From: Adineta vaga | Taxonomy: Eukaryota; Animalia; Rotifera | DNA: 64,000 nt | Direction of reading: 5' to 3' | Assembly: GCA_021613535.1 (NCBI GenBank) | Contig: CP075493.1 | Coordinates: forward strand, 16,988,001-17,052,000 | Shown here: positions 1 through 14,700 of the stretch, in pieces | How positions within the stretch are numbered: position 1 is the first letter of the stretch | Layout: each line of letters opens with the position of its first letter | Notes under the pieces: generated by a model | Told to the model about the DNA's origin: nothing | Seen by the model: the letters and a program-made list of their open reading frames with translations, nothing else | Databases searched by the model: none | Translations under genes and position numbers: made by a program

Positions 1-2116
1 GATGTCGTACAGGTATTTCCATGAAATAAATCATTACTTCTTTGATACAATAATCTATTTTAGGTGACAATAATGGTCAACTCATTATGTGTATACCTGG
101 TTGTGGTGGAACAGGCAAATCACAATTGATTCGTGCTCTTACAAAATATTTTCTTGTTACAAAAAGAATGCAAATGATGCGAAAACTTGCACCTACTGGA
201 ATTGCAGCTGCTGAAATTGATGGCATGACAATTCATTCATTTTTAGGTGAACAACGTAATTCACGAAAGCCACGTACCATCAAACCAGGTGATTCCAAAC
301 TTGAAAACGAATGGAGACCTGTTGAATACCTTTTAATTGATGAAATGAGTATGGTTGGCTTAACATTATTAGGAAAACTCAATAGAATCATTTGCTCTGC
401 CAAACATGTTGATGTTCAAGTTTCATTTGGTGGTGTGAACGTAATCTTCTTTGGTGATTATTTACAATATCGACCTGTTTATGATTCACCATTGCATACT
501 GATTTTTCTTTACCATCAAGAGAGAAACAAGGCAAAGTACTATCTGAAAAAGATATACAACAACGCGTTGCACGCTCTTGCGTTCTCCAAATGAATTGTG
601 TTGTCAAACTTAGTCAACAGATGCGAACAGAAGATTTACGATATCTTCAATTACTCGATCGGCTTCGTCAAGGTCAATGCATTTATGACGATTACGAATT
701 ATTGCAAGCACGAGTTGTCGGACAACCATCAATAGAATCTCTACATGATTCACCATGGAACAAAGTAAACCAACTTTTTCATATAAAGGAAGAACTATTT
801 TAATCTGTTTTTTTTAGGCTCCTATTCTTGTGTTTCGAAATGAAGTTCGCACACAATTAAACAACAAAGCTGCAATTCACAATGCAACACAAACAGGACA
901 TCCACCGATGGTATGCGTCGCTCAAGACACATGTAAAGGCAAAGCAATCAAAGATCCAATGTTGCTTAAGAAATTATTAGAACTGTCTGACAGCAAGACA
1001 GAGCATTTACCTGGTCTATTACCTTTTGTACCAGGTATGCCTGTCATTTTAACGCAAAATATTGCTACTGAATTAGGTCTTATCAATGGTATTAACGGAA
1101 TATTTCGACAATTGGTATATCATGAAGATTCGGTATCAACAGGAAATTTATCAGAAATGTTTCCGAATAATACACAATATATTCGTCGACCAATATATGC
1201 TTTAATTGAGATTGTTAAATCGAAGATTGAATGCAAACTTCAAGATCTTCAACCAAAACTTATACCAATTCCACTCATAGAACAAACATTTCAGGTTGAC
1301 GTTGCTGATCTTATTCCAAAAGATAAGAAACCAAAATCAAATCAAAAGACAGTTTTATCAATTAAACGATCTGCATTACCACTTGTACCTGCTTATTGTA
1401 TTACAACACATAAAAGTCAAGGTCAAACATTGAGCAAAGTGGTTATCGATTTAAAATTACCAAATGAAACGGATGATATTGCAGCAGTGTACGTGCCATT
1501 ATCTCGTGTAAAACGTTTAGCCGATCTAGCTATTCTACGACCATTTGATTATAAAGTTTTGCTGATGAAACCATCTAAATCTCAAGTTACCGAAATGGAA
1601 AGACTGAATCAACTGTTTTTGAAAACACGATCACGTTTTCCGGAATGGTTTCAATAAATCATACATTTAATAAGACAGCTCTTACTGATTTTATCAATTT
1701 GTACAATAGACAATTTGCATTTTCCATAAATTTCATTATCTTTCATTAAATTATGGAATTTCCACATTTTAATATTCTTTAAGATAAGATGATTGTACTT
1801 TCAGATTATGTTGTGCATATTTACATAGATATTGTTTTTTCTGTTCATTTTTCTTTGTTTCAATCACATATAAAATAAATTTTTGTTATGCAGTTGATTA
1901 AGACAGTTTTTGACAAACCTTCTCCACTGCAATTTGAATTAGAATATTTTTTTAAATTCCTACGAAATGACTTATACGATTACAAGCTTGAAAAGAACTG
2001 TGACGAGTATACAATAATAGAATGCAAAATATTATGAATGATTTCAGCATGAAAAACATTTACTGTTAGCCATTCAGTCGAGGGTTAAGCGAGTCTGCCT
2101 CGACGAGCGTTACTAG
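1..2116 (+). mobile_element. Helitron, 3' part (RepHel helicase C-terminus, 3' UTR, terminal hairpin and CTAG)
   Basis: Pif1-type helicase exons are followed by a GC-rich hairpin GTCGAGG(2077-2083)...CCTCGAC(2098-2104), then CTAG at 2113-2116 and a T at 2117. This is the canonical Helitron 3' terminus. The 5' part lies outside the window. Confidence 0.88.
64..1657 (+). CDS. Pif1-family SF1 helicase domain of Helitron RepHel protein (5'-incomplete, spliced)
   Basis: Motifs GCGGTGKS (Walker A), IDEMSM (Walker B), FGDYLQYRPV, QQMR, HKSQGQTL, YVPLSR. Intron ~766-818 (GTAAAC...TTTAG) joins ORFs 87-803 and 830-1657. Confidence 0.9.
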
Positions 2117-3675
2117 TCTTTTAATATGTATCAGAGGTATTTCTTTTAATAGCTCAATGGGAAATTTTAAACGAATACTTTCTTGTGTATTTACCTGCAA
2201 ATGATAAAACCCAAATCAAAGAAAATAAAAGTACTATTCAATCAAATCATGTTTAACATCACATGTCTCCAGAACTCGATTATTGTTTATTTCCTATTTA
2301 TGCCGTGCAATTTTTGATAAATTTTTAACAATATTTCAAAAGTCTAGTCCAATGATTCATTTGTTATACGAAGAATTATCAAATGTATATCGAATGGTTT
2401 TATTGTCATTTTTAGTATCGGATCATGTTGGTAATAAAGAAGGTTCCGGATTGTTATTAATTGATCATAAATTAGCTAAAAAGCAATTAAACGACAAGCA
2501 AATAAAAATTGGTGAGACAGCACAGAATTTAAAATTTATTATAATAAATCACTTTCACTTCAGGTGAAGAAACTCGAAAATCATTATCTTTCTTATCGAA
2601 AGATGAGAAAGAAATCTTTTTTCAAGATGTACGGAATATTTTTCATTCGATTGCTTCATATTTAAAATTAAATCTTCCATTGAATAATTCATTCTTACGT
2701 GATGTGCATATATTGGCAGTTTCTCGTCGTTGTGATCCTGAAGGAAATGATGCCATTGTTCGTATTGGTCGATATATACCTGGTTTATTATCGTCAAATG
2801 AAATTGATCTTCTTAGTGATGAATGGTTAATGTATTCCTTGCAAACGATTGATGATTCATGGGTAATTAAAAGAAAATTTAATGATTTTGAAGGAATAGA
2901 ACGTATTGAGTACCACGAAATCGATTATTATTGGAATAAAATACTTTCGATTGTTCAAAGTAATGGATATCCAAAATATCCAACACTCTCGAAACTTATT
3001 AAAAATATACTTATTATATCACATGGCAATAGTGATGTAGAACGTGGTTTTAGTATCAATAATAATCTAGTTACCGAACAACGTACTCTTTTATCAGAAA
3101 AATCAATCAATGGGCTTCGTGGAATTCCCGACGCTGTTAATTTCTTTGGTGGTGGATTAGTACATAAGGTAACGATTGGTATAATTATATCGATGTTTTT
3201 TATGAAGATTGCATTCTTTTTTCAGTTGGAGACCACTAATGAAATGATTAGTGCATTTCAAAAATCAGCCTCATTGTACAAGGAAGAGTTGGTAAAAATC
3301 AAAGCATTAGCTGTTGTCCATGAAAAAGAAAAGGAATATCTTGAAAAAATTGATGCTGAAAAAATGAAATTATTGGAGCAGGAGAAAGAACTTATGTTGA
3401 AATATAAGAGGCTTCAAGCAGAACAAAAAGCAGCTCAAATGTTACTTGATGAAGCAAATCAACGATTAGAAAATTCGTTGAAAAAAAGTGAATTTACTGA
3501 TGTACAAGCTGCTTATGCATTAAACGAAAGTGGCACGGAAAAAATGAAATCTATTGATGAGGAAATGACAAAAACCATCGAAAACGTATCCATAATTCAA
3601 CAAAAACGTGATCGTGTTGAACATGAACAATTAAAAAAGAAAAATAAATTAGTTTCTGAACAGTCAAAAAAATGA
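2117..3675 (+). pseudogene. hAT-like transposase, disrupted
   Basis: ORFs 2283-2567 and 2680-3675 are joined by short introns. SHGNSDVERGFS motif present; the 5' part is frameshifted and cut off by the Helitron. Confidence 0.7.
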
Positions 3676-4007
3676 AGATGATCAAATGTTCTGATAAAAA
3701 GTTCTCATTGTTATGAAACAATCAGATAATATTGTTGTTCTGATTTATTATTGCTTTTCTTCTATGCTAATAGTTTTTCATTATTTTTTTTTTGAAAGAT
3801 ATGAATAAACATTGTGAAACTGGTAAATTCCTTACTAAATCTCGTTTGAAATGAATATCTATAGGTGAAAAACTCTATAAAAGTCATTTTTATATAATGA
3901 AAAAAACTCCTCCATTTATCCTCCGATTTTGCAGCACATCCTCCAAAATATTTTGAATTAAATCCTCCCCTCTCCTCCTTTTTCTTAACTGAGCGTTAAC
4001 ATGCCAG
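2117..4007 (+). mobile_element. hAT-like DNA transposon, 3' part, interrupted by the Helitron
   Basis: Transposase-like coding starts right after the Helitron CTAG (SLLICI..LIAQWEILNEYFLVYLP, frameshifted). The C-terminal region carries YPTLSKLIKNILIISHGNSDVERGFS, a hAT dimerisation-type motif. CCTCC subterminal repeats at ~3908-3978 and a probable right TIR GTTAACATGCCAG ending at 4007. Confidence 0.7.
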
Positions 4008-4420
4008 TTTATAAGGTGCGCACTTGATTGAAATTTTTTTACAGAAAGTAAATATTAAAGAATCAATGAATTGAAAAGATGACAGAAGAATTCAGAATAT
4101 CAAATGCTCATCATCTACGACAAATGCATCGCAAAAAAGCAATCGCTAAATCAAAATTTCTAAATATGAGCTCTATTAGGCATTTGATTCTATAAACTGC
4201 TTTGACGTAAGCGAAAGATAGTCGAGTCTCCTAGCATACTATTTTCCGAAAGCTGCACAAGAAAGTTATTTTATTATTCAGGTAAAGAAAGTTAGTACCA
4301 TATACGAGTATTTCTTACCCGGATTCGCTTGAGAACTTGTGCTGTGTCTAAGAATGGTTGTGTTGAATTCAGAATTTAATTTCCTATCAAATGATATAGA
4401 TCTTAGGCAGTATTACCGCA

Positions 4421-4473
4421 GACGAGGATCTGAGTGTGAGTGTGACGATTTTTTTCTCTCGGTGATCCTCATC
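4421..4473. repeat. Degenerate telomere-like inverted-repeat cassette
   Basis: GACGAGGATC-TGAGTGTGAGTGTGA-spacer-GATCCTCATC. The outer inverted arms remain, the C-rich arm is lost. Confidence 0.4.
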
Positions 4474-5700
4474 AAAAACTACATCATCTGATAGAGAATT
4501 AAATTCTGCATCCTACACAATCTTTTCGAAGACCAGCACATGTTTATAGGCGAATCCTGATAAAAAATACTCGACTATGGTGCTAAATTTACCTACGTTA
4601 TTATTCCTCCTTTTATGTTTAAAACATAAAAACGACCATATATTTATTAGTGATATTCTCACAATGCTGATAGATACACTACAGCTTGTTGTTCGATTGA
4701 TAGAAATATTATTGAAAACGGAATAATATTTACTAAAATGAATTATCCACAATATCCGTCATAGTGTCTGAAGTCCAATGAAACGTACTTTTGCAATTGT
4801 TGAAAATTCGTCCTCAAAGTCATTGTGACAAAGACTATGATGCATTTATTTAAAAAATATCACTGAATATTGTAATTATAAAGTAGAGAAACGAAAGATT
4901 TGTTGCAAAACACCATATTGATATTATAATGAATAAAAATATTCTCATACAAGTATTCGTCAACAACGGATCCATCGAAAAGTATGATGCAGTAATTCTA
5001 AAGACTAGTATAACACAAAAAACTACTCGAATATTCAGATGCAATAAAATATCAAAGGAAGTAATACGTAAAGGTATAAGCATTCAGCCGTCACGACGAA
5101 CACAACGCAAAACAAACTAATCATATAGAAAAACGTACGCAAAATACAGAAAAAATAACAGAGAGAGATGCGTAGGACTACGCAGTATATAATATCGAAA
5201 CATTACTGCTATTTTCAAACAGCACAAACGCACAATTCGAGAAAAGGTAAGTACTGTATTACTTTGAAACTATTCAAGATACCTCAGTGATGTAACAAAA
5301 TCAATACGACGTTAAAGTAGTCTTAATAGTATTCATATTAAGTATTGATATAATCCAAACCATCTCTCAGTATAGTAGTACTTGTTCCCTTCCATTATAG
5401 CACCGCTATAAGCGATGTTCGCGACGGTGAAGATACCAAGCACAGATATTCTTGAGGTACAGGGATCTTAGTGGCTGAGTTGTTCTGATGTTGGATCATT
5501 GGACGGTCTAAACGCGTAACATTGCTACACCTCTAGAAGATTAACGTCGTTATTGTTACGTCTCTATGTTCGATATTAATACCTAATAAGTTGGTTGGTA
5601 TTGGTATCGGTAGTATCAATATTGTTATATTTTTATTTCAATTATTCAATTAAAAAATCTTTCAGATAGTTAAAATTCAAGAGAAAATCAACAATAATTG

Positions 5701-8700
5701 ATGTCGTTTATCAGCAGATACGTCGAGCGTCTGATGGGTCATAGCAATCGTGATTCGCAACAAGCAAATAATCAGTATAAATATACAGTGATTGATTTTC
5801 ATTATTCTTTTCATATCTTCTTTTCTTTAGAACATTAGCATCGTGGATACCTGTGTTGGCTATATGTTTCATTTTAATGGTTTTGGGAATCATTGCCGGA
5901 GTGATTGTTCTGTCATTACTTAGCTTATATTTACCGAACAAGGCAGACGATATGGTCATCAATCACAACAGTAATGGTATGAAAATTACTTTTATCTATA
6001 ATTCTTTTGCTCATGTTTCATTTTTTTCAAGTGATAAGAACCATAGACATGGCCCTTGCTACTAATCTGGATGTTAATAACATATTTAATATTGATAATT
6101 ATGATTCAATCGGTAAACAAGTATGTATCTTGCTTCATGACGATTGTGAAATGCATAGTCTCATTTTAGCTGGAACAATATCTTGGATATTCATCTTCAG
6201 TACTAAGTGTTCGATGGGCTGCTTTCAGTAGCAATACATTGACAGCTAGCACCAGTAAGAAGAGAAAACGAGAAATAAGGTTAGTTAATTTATTTGTATT
6301 TTTCTTAATTGAAAAGATATTCATTGTTATTTCTTTTGTTTAGTGATGTGCCTTCATGCATCAACGGCCTTACTGGAACGAACAACAGTGGGGAAAAAAG
6401 TACTAATTTAGGTCTCACAATTCATATAAACAAGTGCCCACAAAGTCATTGCAAAAGTGATCATTGTGTAGAAAAATGTTTACATGCCATAAAAGTTGAT
6501 ATTCAAAACAAACTTGGTTCAAATCCTTTCTCATTCAGTATCACAGCAGCTAATGGAAATGTTCATTCAGTTTCTAGTCAACTTTGCTCTTTTCAACGAC
6601 CCGTTGCAGGTAGAGAAAAAACATTTTGTATCGAAAGAATTTTTGAAGTTGATAACTGTTGATTGAACTCACAATCAACGTAACCATTGGTTACAGAAAA
6701 ATATTTTGTTGTAATATTTGAATTGAGTAATTCTTCTGTATAATAAGATTTGAAGTTACATATACATCGTTATATTATTTTCTTTGACGAGTACATCTGA
6801 ATATTACTGTATCAAAATATGAACAGAAAAGTAAAATAGAAGGTAGTGTGTCATTAGAACATATAAATATATAATGAAACGTATATTATTATATGTTCCA
6901 TAGTAGTTTCAATTTCATTTTTCTCTCAAAATTATCTTTATTTTTTTATTCATCAATTATAGCACCAGCAACTTGTTTTGATGGAATTCAAAATCAAGAT
7001 GAAACTGATATAGATTGTGGAGGATTAATTTGTCCACTACGATGTTCTACTAATCAAAAATGTCAAAGAATATCTGATTGCAGCAAAGCATCTTGTACTT
7101 GTGGTATATGTCAAAGTAAGTACAAAGAAATTTGACGGCATACAAGATGTATTTTATTTGAAATTAAATACTATACTATTCTTGTTTGATTAGTTCCTAC
7201 ATGCAGCGATGGTATTCGTAATCAAGATGAATCAGGCATTGATTGTGGAGGAAAACTATGTAAAAACAAATGTGCGACAAATGTAAATTGCACGATAAAC
7301 TCCGATTGTGAGTCATCTCTATGTGCCAGTAATAAATGCCAAGGTTAGTTTTAAATTACCTATTAGATTTACACTATTTCTATACCTGTTAACTGTTAGA
7401 GTAATTGAATATTTTATTGTATAGCTGTCATATAGTCTGTATATTTCTATCGAAACTGATTTGAATCTACTCTACAGTACACATATGTAAAAGCCTTAAG
7501 TTGAAGGAAAATTGTTTTTTAACCAAAACCTAACAGTACCAATCGTCATAAAGAAAGATATTTACGCTTATTTTAGCACCACAGTGTAACGATTTTATAC
7601 TCAATGGAGATGAAACTGGTATTGATTGTGGAGGCACGCTTTGTTCCAAATGTTCTGCTGGACAAAGCTGTAAAACAACTTCGGACTGTGGCTCTGGATT
7701 GTGTGTTGATGGTACATGCAAAAGTAATAGCAATAACTCTAAGCAAACTCAAAAATATATAACCTGCTTTCACATAATATTCTAGGTCCAACATGTTGTG
7801 ATGGTATCAAGAATGGTCTTGAGACAGACGTTGATTGTGGTGGTCCCTCATGTAAACAATGTGCTGACAATATGTACTGTATGACAAAAACAGATTGCTC
7901 GAGTAAAAAGTGCACAAATAACATTTGTCAAGGTAAAACTATGAAAAACAAAGAAAATATTCGAATAACGTATTCAATTTCAATTTAGTACCAACCTGCT
8001 CTGATGGAATTGTTAATCAAGATGAAATCGGTGTAGACTGTGGTGGACTCATGTGTCCATTATGTGCAGAAGAAGCTTCGTGTCGTCTTACCACTGATTG
8101 TAACAGTGTACTATGTACAAATAGTATTTGTCAAGGTATGTATGCTTTTAACGATAGAAAATCGATTCCACATGTTCTATTATGCCTCTTCACTACGTAG
8201 CTGCCACGTGTCATGATGGTTTGAAAAATGGAGCAGAGATTGATGTAGATTGCGGTGGTCCAATATGTTCATCATGTGGTACTGACAGTACATGTACTAC
8301 TGACAGCCATTGTATAAGTAACAAATGTGTAAACAACAAATGCGAAGGTGACAAACTTGATGAGAAACCTTAATAGCCTTTATTCCCAATGCCTTTTAGC
8401 ACCAAAATATGACGATCTGGTGATGAATGGAGATGAGACCGATATCGATTGTGGAGGATCAAATCCGAAAAAATGTGGTAAAGATAAAAAATGTAAAGTG
8501 ACAGCAGATTGTGATAAAGCATTATGTACAAACGGTTATTGCGAAGGTATGTAGTGTGTTGTTTCAGAATGCAATATCAAACATCTTTTTGCATATAGCT
8601 CCAACATGTAGTGATGGTATTTTGAACGGTGGAGAAGTCCATGTAGATTGCGGCGGTGGTACATGCTCAGGATGTGCGCATGGTAAATCGTGCACCACTG

Positions 8701-11700
8701 GTACCGATTGCTCCAGTAAGCTTTGTGATGCTGCCAGTAAAACTTGTTCAGGTTAGTGGTACCTATTCATCCAATGATTTGCGTTAATTTGAAAAGTTCA
8801 TTTAGTCCCATCATGTCCCGACGGTGTACAAAATGGTGACGAAACTGGATTAGACTGTGGAGGTTCGTGTCTTACAAAATGTAGCTTCGGCGTCACATGT
8901 AAAATAACAACAGACTGCGACAACGCACTATGTGTGAGCGGCACTTGTGCAAGTATGTACGGTGTGGTTCTCCAAAAGTGAAGTATCTCTATTTCCTCAT
9001 ATAGCTCCAACATGCAGTGATGGTATTAAAAACGGAATAGAAGAATTTATCGACTGCGGTGGAACATGTTCGCCATGCACCTATGGTCAACCGTGCACGA
9101 CCGGTGCTACCTGTGCAAGTCAAGTTTGCAGCGGTAGTCCTAAAACTTGCGCAGGTTAGTGATATTAATTAGTCAAAACATTTATGTGAATCGGTTACGA
9201 ACGTTTAGCACCAACATGCCCTGACGGTGTACTAAATGGAGATGAAACAGGACCAGATTGTGGAGGTCCCACATGTGCTACGAAATGTGGTGTTGGTATT
9301 GCTTGTAAAACTACAACCGATTGTGACAAGGCTTTATGTTTCAACGGTGTTTGTGCAGGTATGCAGCATGTTCTTTCTAAAACCATGTGATATTCAATTT
9401 CGCGAATAGCCCAAACATGCAACGATGGGATTCTCAACGGTGCAGAAGTCAAGACAGACTGTGGTGGTGGCACTTGCGTAGGATGCCCAAATAGTGAATC
9501 GTGTAACTCTGCTAGCGATTGTGCAAGCGGGGTTTGTAGTGGTAGTCCTCTAAAATGTGCAGGTTAGCTATACTGATTGTTTGCGATATTTAAGTCTATC
9601 GAATCCAACCATTTAGTACCATCATGTCCCGACGGTGTACTGAATGGAGATGAGACAGGACCAGATTGTGGAGGTCCCACATGTGCTACGAAATGTGGTG
9701 TTGGTATTGCTTGTAAAACTACAACCGATTGTGACAAGGCTTTATGTTTGAACGGTGTTTGTGCAGGTATATAGTGAATTGTTGCGAAGAGCTCAAAATA
9801 TTTGTTTTTCTAAATAGCATCAACGTGCTCTGATAATATTCTGAATGGTGCAGAGACGGATATAGACTGTGGTGGTGGCACTTGTCCAGCATGCGTAAAT
9901 GGAAAACCCTGTTCGACTGGTACGGATTGCTCGAGTAAGGTTTGCAGTGGTTCCCCTAAAACGTGCCAAAGTTAGTAAGATTAGTTTGTTAGAAACCGTG
10001 TAAATATCGGATACCATCATTTAGCACCAACCTGTCCCGATTCGGTCATGAATGGAGATGAGACAGGACCAGAATGTGGAGGTCCCACATGTGCTACGAA
10101 ATGTGGTGTTGGTATTGCTTGTAAAACTACAACCGATTGTGACAAGGCTTTATGTTTGAACGGTGTTTGTGCAGGTATATAGTGAATTGTTGCGAAGAGC
10201 TCATAATATTTGTTTTTCTAAATAGCACCAACGTGCTCTGATAATATTCTGAATGGTGCAGAGACGGATATAGACTGTGGTGGTGGCACTTGTCCAGCAT
10301 GCGTAAATGGAAAACCCTGTTCGACTGGTACGGATTGCTCGAGTAAGGTTTGCAGTGGTTCCCCTAAAACGTGCCAAAGTTAGTAAGATTGGTTTGTTAG
10401 AAACCGTGTAAATATCGGATACCATCATTTAGCACCAACCTGTCCCGATTCGGTCATGAATGGAGATGAGACAGGACCAGACTGCGGAGGTCCTACGTGT
10501 GCTACTAAATGTGGTGTTGGTATTGCTTGTAAAACTACAACCGATTGTGACAAGGCTTTATGTTTGAACGGTGCTTGCGCAGGTATTTAATGTTCTGTTC
10601 TCTGAAAGAATATAACGTTTCTTTTTCGAAATAGCACCAACGTGCTCCGATAATATTCTGAATGGTGCAGAGACGTATACAGATTGTGGTGGTGGCTCTT
10701 GTCCAGCATGTGCAGATGGAAAATCCTGTTCGACTGGCACGGATTGCGCAAGTAAAGTTTGTAGTGGTAGTCCTAAAACTTGTCAAGGTCAGTAACGTAG
10801 TTCGATCTTAGTATTTGTATTATTGGAAAGGATCATTTAGCACCAACGTGCACAGATGGTGTTATGAATGGTGAAGAAACGGATGTTGATTGTGGCGGAT
10901 CTTGCAAGATTTGTGATGTGGGCAAGAAGTGTAAAGTAACGGGTGATTGTAACAACGGATGCAATAACATTGATTGTAATTCGGGCATTTGTGGAAGTGA
11001 GTAAATATGTTTCTAGGAAGGTTCATCGTCTGTATTACAGCTTAAGGATTGATTTGTGATTCGGTCTTTTGCTGATAAAGTTCTTTCATAATATGTGCTC
11101 TTTAAGGGACTGCTGGTGAGAATGATAAAAGGGAGTGGTGAACTTATTGACTGTGGCTGATGTAGAAACGTTTGAGACGGGGTACTTTTTATATATTCTG
11201 TATCGAGTTTCAGAATTACCTAGAGTTTTCAGACGTGCATTGAAGAATTTTTCTTCACATATTAAAACGTTGAAATAGTCGTTCTGACGATGTGGCAGTT
11301 AGATATTTTCAGAAATGCATATGTAGATAATCTTCGTATAATATTCTTTGCTTTTGTTTTGTAATTCAATGTTTTCTTAGCGTTGTGTTTTTTGATAGAT
11401 TTTCCTTGGTTTCGAGAATAGCATTAGCTCAATTTGAGTAAAAGTCCTGTATTAGAAATAGGAGACTTGGCATTAAATGTTGAGTATACATAGTGTATAT
11501 AAATTTGTTATTCGGAACATCAAAGTTTTTACCAAAAGTAGAAAGATTGAAGTTATTCTTGTCAATATAGTGCTTGATTGGGAATAAGCTACAATCCGTT
11601 GTCAAGAGAAAATAGTAATAATTGTGGCCACTAGCGAGATCAAATCTTCTTCGTATGAATAATTGTCATTTCAATTGCCAGAAGTGGCAAAAATATTATG

Positions 11701-14700
11701 GCAAATTCTAACATTTGTGAGGAAGAAGTTAGAAAATCGTAGATAAGAAAAATAGAATTATTGATTCTTATAAATGGTAAATCCAGAAACTAAACTTTTC
11801 TCATTCACGTATTCAATCATTTGGTGATAGATCCGAGATATTCATTAGCACGATAGAATTCGAATACATTCTCGACGTGACAACATGTCAGAATATTCAC
11901 AAGTCAAATCTATGATTCAGCCTGAGTGATGTATATTAGTTTTCTAAAAAAAGACACAAAACAGAGAATATAATCGTTGTAAGGATGTAGATCTAATGCA
12001 CTCAAAGAATAGAGATACTTACAGGGGTGCTTTTTTAACTTGGAGAAATTACGGTGGACTGAGGCTTTTAAGTATTAGACTATTTTCATCAAAATATTTT
12101 TTGATAAATAAAAAATTGATGTAACTTTTAGTAATTTGAATGTGAAAAACATTTCGAGATACTTTAGCTTTAGGATAAAGTTGAAAGTGATTTTTCTGTA
12201 CTTATAGGAAGAAGTTGAAGTGAAAACTTTAATTTCAAGTTTGAAAGGATAGTTAAAATACCACTCTTGTTTCTTCATTATTTTATTCAGCGCAGGAGTG
12301 CAAGATAAAAAGATTTACCGATATGTCGAAACGTTGTAGAGACATGAATGGGTTGTATGTACAGGACGTATTACAATTAGTTGACGCTTCATAGACAAAT
12401 CTTAAGCTCTACAATTTTCGCAAGTATTGTTATTTTCTTCTCATACTTTGGATACTGTTCAACAAAAACGGACGTAACGAAAAATCAGATGGAATGATAT
12501 CCTCGAGTTTTGCTCAATTATATCCCGTTCGATAGAGTATTACTAAATAGCAGAGAATTTGAAAGAATCTCATAGTTCGAGAAAAGCCGAATTTTGAGTT
12601 TCGGGTTACAATCTTGCTTATTTAGAAATCTCAAAAACAATAGTTTTTACAAAAAATTTCAAAAAAATGCAGCAGTATCGTTTGTTAAGATACAGTTTTA
12701 CACATGTTTATTTCCTTCATCCAAGAAAGTACTGCAAATGCAACTTTAAAATAGTTCCTTTAGCCAAGAGCTCTCAAAATTTCTAAGCTGTTAATAAAAA
12801 TTATTTTACTTTAAGCTCTCTGAAAATGATAACTGTATAACAAAAGAAAATAGAAAAATATAACGACAGATTTAGAAACACAAAGCTGAAAGAGAAATTT
12901 CTGTGGATTTTCTACTCTCTGTTGATATTCTATCATATGAAATATGGTCGGGTGAAAAACGGAGAAAGTCATCGCAGCTGATCTTTACTTCCGATACACG
13001 TTTCGGAGACTATTTGTAGTATTAATAAATCAAAAGCATTATAGTGTGGAAAGATGTAATTTCACATGCATTAGTTATGTCGATATTTCATTGTTGCTCG
13101 TCGAGACGAAATGGCAAAGTTTGTATTTCAGTTTCATACTACTGAAATAAATCATATTGTATGCCTCGAAAAGATCTAAATATCATGGTATGCGTGAGTT
13201 ATATTGTTAGATGAATTTAGATTTACAGATTCTAAAATGTCTCTCTATAACTACATAAATCTTTCTCTTACTAATTTTTAATAATTCATCACAAAGGATT
13301 CAATAATCAGACGATTGTTTTCATTTTTCAGAAACGTATTGCCAGGCAGGAGACTTTTTCGTCGGTCGTACTAACGTTCCACGTTATACCGCTCAATGGC
13401 AATTTGAGAATAATGCCAACGACCTTCTTAATGTAAGTATAACGCGACTTCGATACATTTGATCATGGACGATATTTTTATAGCAATATAATGCTGTGGT
13501 GACTGGTTCCGTAAGTTACCCAACAGGTTATGTTGGTTCATCGATACAATTTAATGGAGCAGAATATCTAACAGCACCATTTATTAGTTTTACATCGTCA
13601 AGTTTCACAATAGAAGCTTGGATTTATCCAACAGTGTTAAATACCGGTGGACCGGATTACAGTATTTTTGGTGAATGTGATAGTAGTAGTACTGGCACAC
13701 AAAATGATTGTATTCAAATATTAATTAAAAACTCTGGTTCATACAAATTATATATGAGTAAGTTTCATTAAGTTTGACGGCAAAAAAGTCTTTCATGAAT
13801 AATCAAAAGGTCTTGGAAGTGACAGCGTGTCCAGTACAACAGTACTGTCCGCTTCAAATGCTAATACTTGGATGCATGTGGCATTTGTTTTTGATTCCTT
13901 ATCAAAAAAAATAATCATCTACTTGAATGGTTACAATGTTGGACAATCAGCTTCGGCGACATCTTCAACAGGATATGTTGGCAGTTCAGGATCAGTTTAT
14001 ATTGGTAAGAAACATTGTAACTGATCTCTTTAAATTCCGATTTATTTCTATAAATATGCAGCAGCCACTAAAGCAATGATTCCATTCGTGGGTCGTATTG
14101 ATCATATGACCGGTAAGAAAACTGAAGATAATAAAAATTTTAATAATATTTACATATATGTATTGATAATCTTCTTTCTAGTAATCAAAAGAGCTAAATG
14201 CGCATGTGAAATACTAAACGACGCTACTTTGACTGCTTATTATTCATTCGATTCCGGTTCACCCGACGACGATGGACCGAACTTTAGGAATGGAAATATT
14301 TTTGGCGGTGTCACCACTGTGCCTGGTTATATTGGCAAAGCCCTCTCGTTCAGTTCAACAAGTACATATTTTCGTTCATATGACATCTCTTTTATAAGTA
14401 AACCCTCAAGTGATTTTTCGGTTGCACTCTGGATTAAACCATCTTCAGTTACTAATGGCGCAATCATCATTCACATATCGAATAACTTGGGTGGAGACGG
14501 GTTTTGTTATCCTATTATTGGATTGGACTCTTCCGGTAGGATTGTTGTTCAAGTACTTGGCAGTGCATATAAAGATGTCGTTGGGACTGTTCCTCCTTTA
14601 AATGAATGGACTCATATTGTGCAAACGTACAGCCCGTCTAATGGTTTAAGATTATATCTAAATGGAGTACTATCAGGTTCAACAGGCGCTTTCAATACTA

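Noticed and set aside
12020-12075. TACAGGGGTGCTTTTTTAACTTGG resembling a Tc1/mariner TIR inside the long intron
   Set aside because: No partner inverted repeat found. The intron probably holds TE debris but it cannot be delimited.
12300-12345. GTCGAAACGTTGTA resembling the 3' half of a hammerhead
   Set aside because: No CTGANGA core or matching stems upstream.
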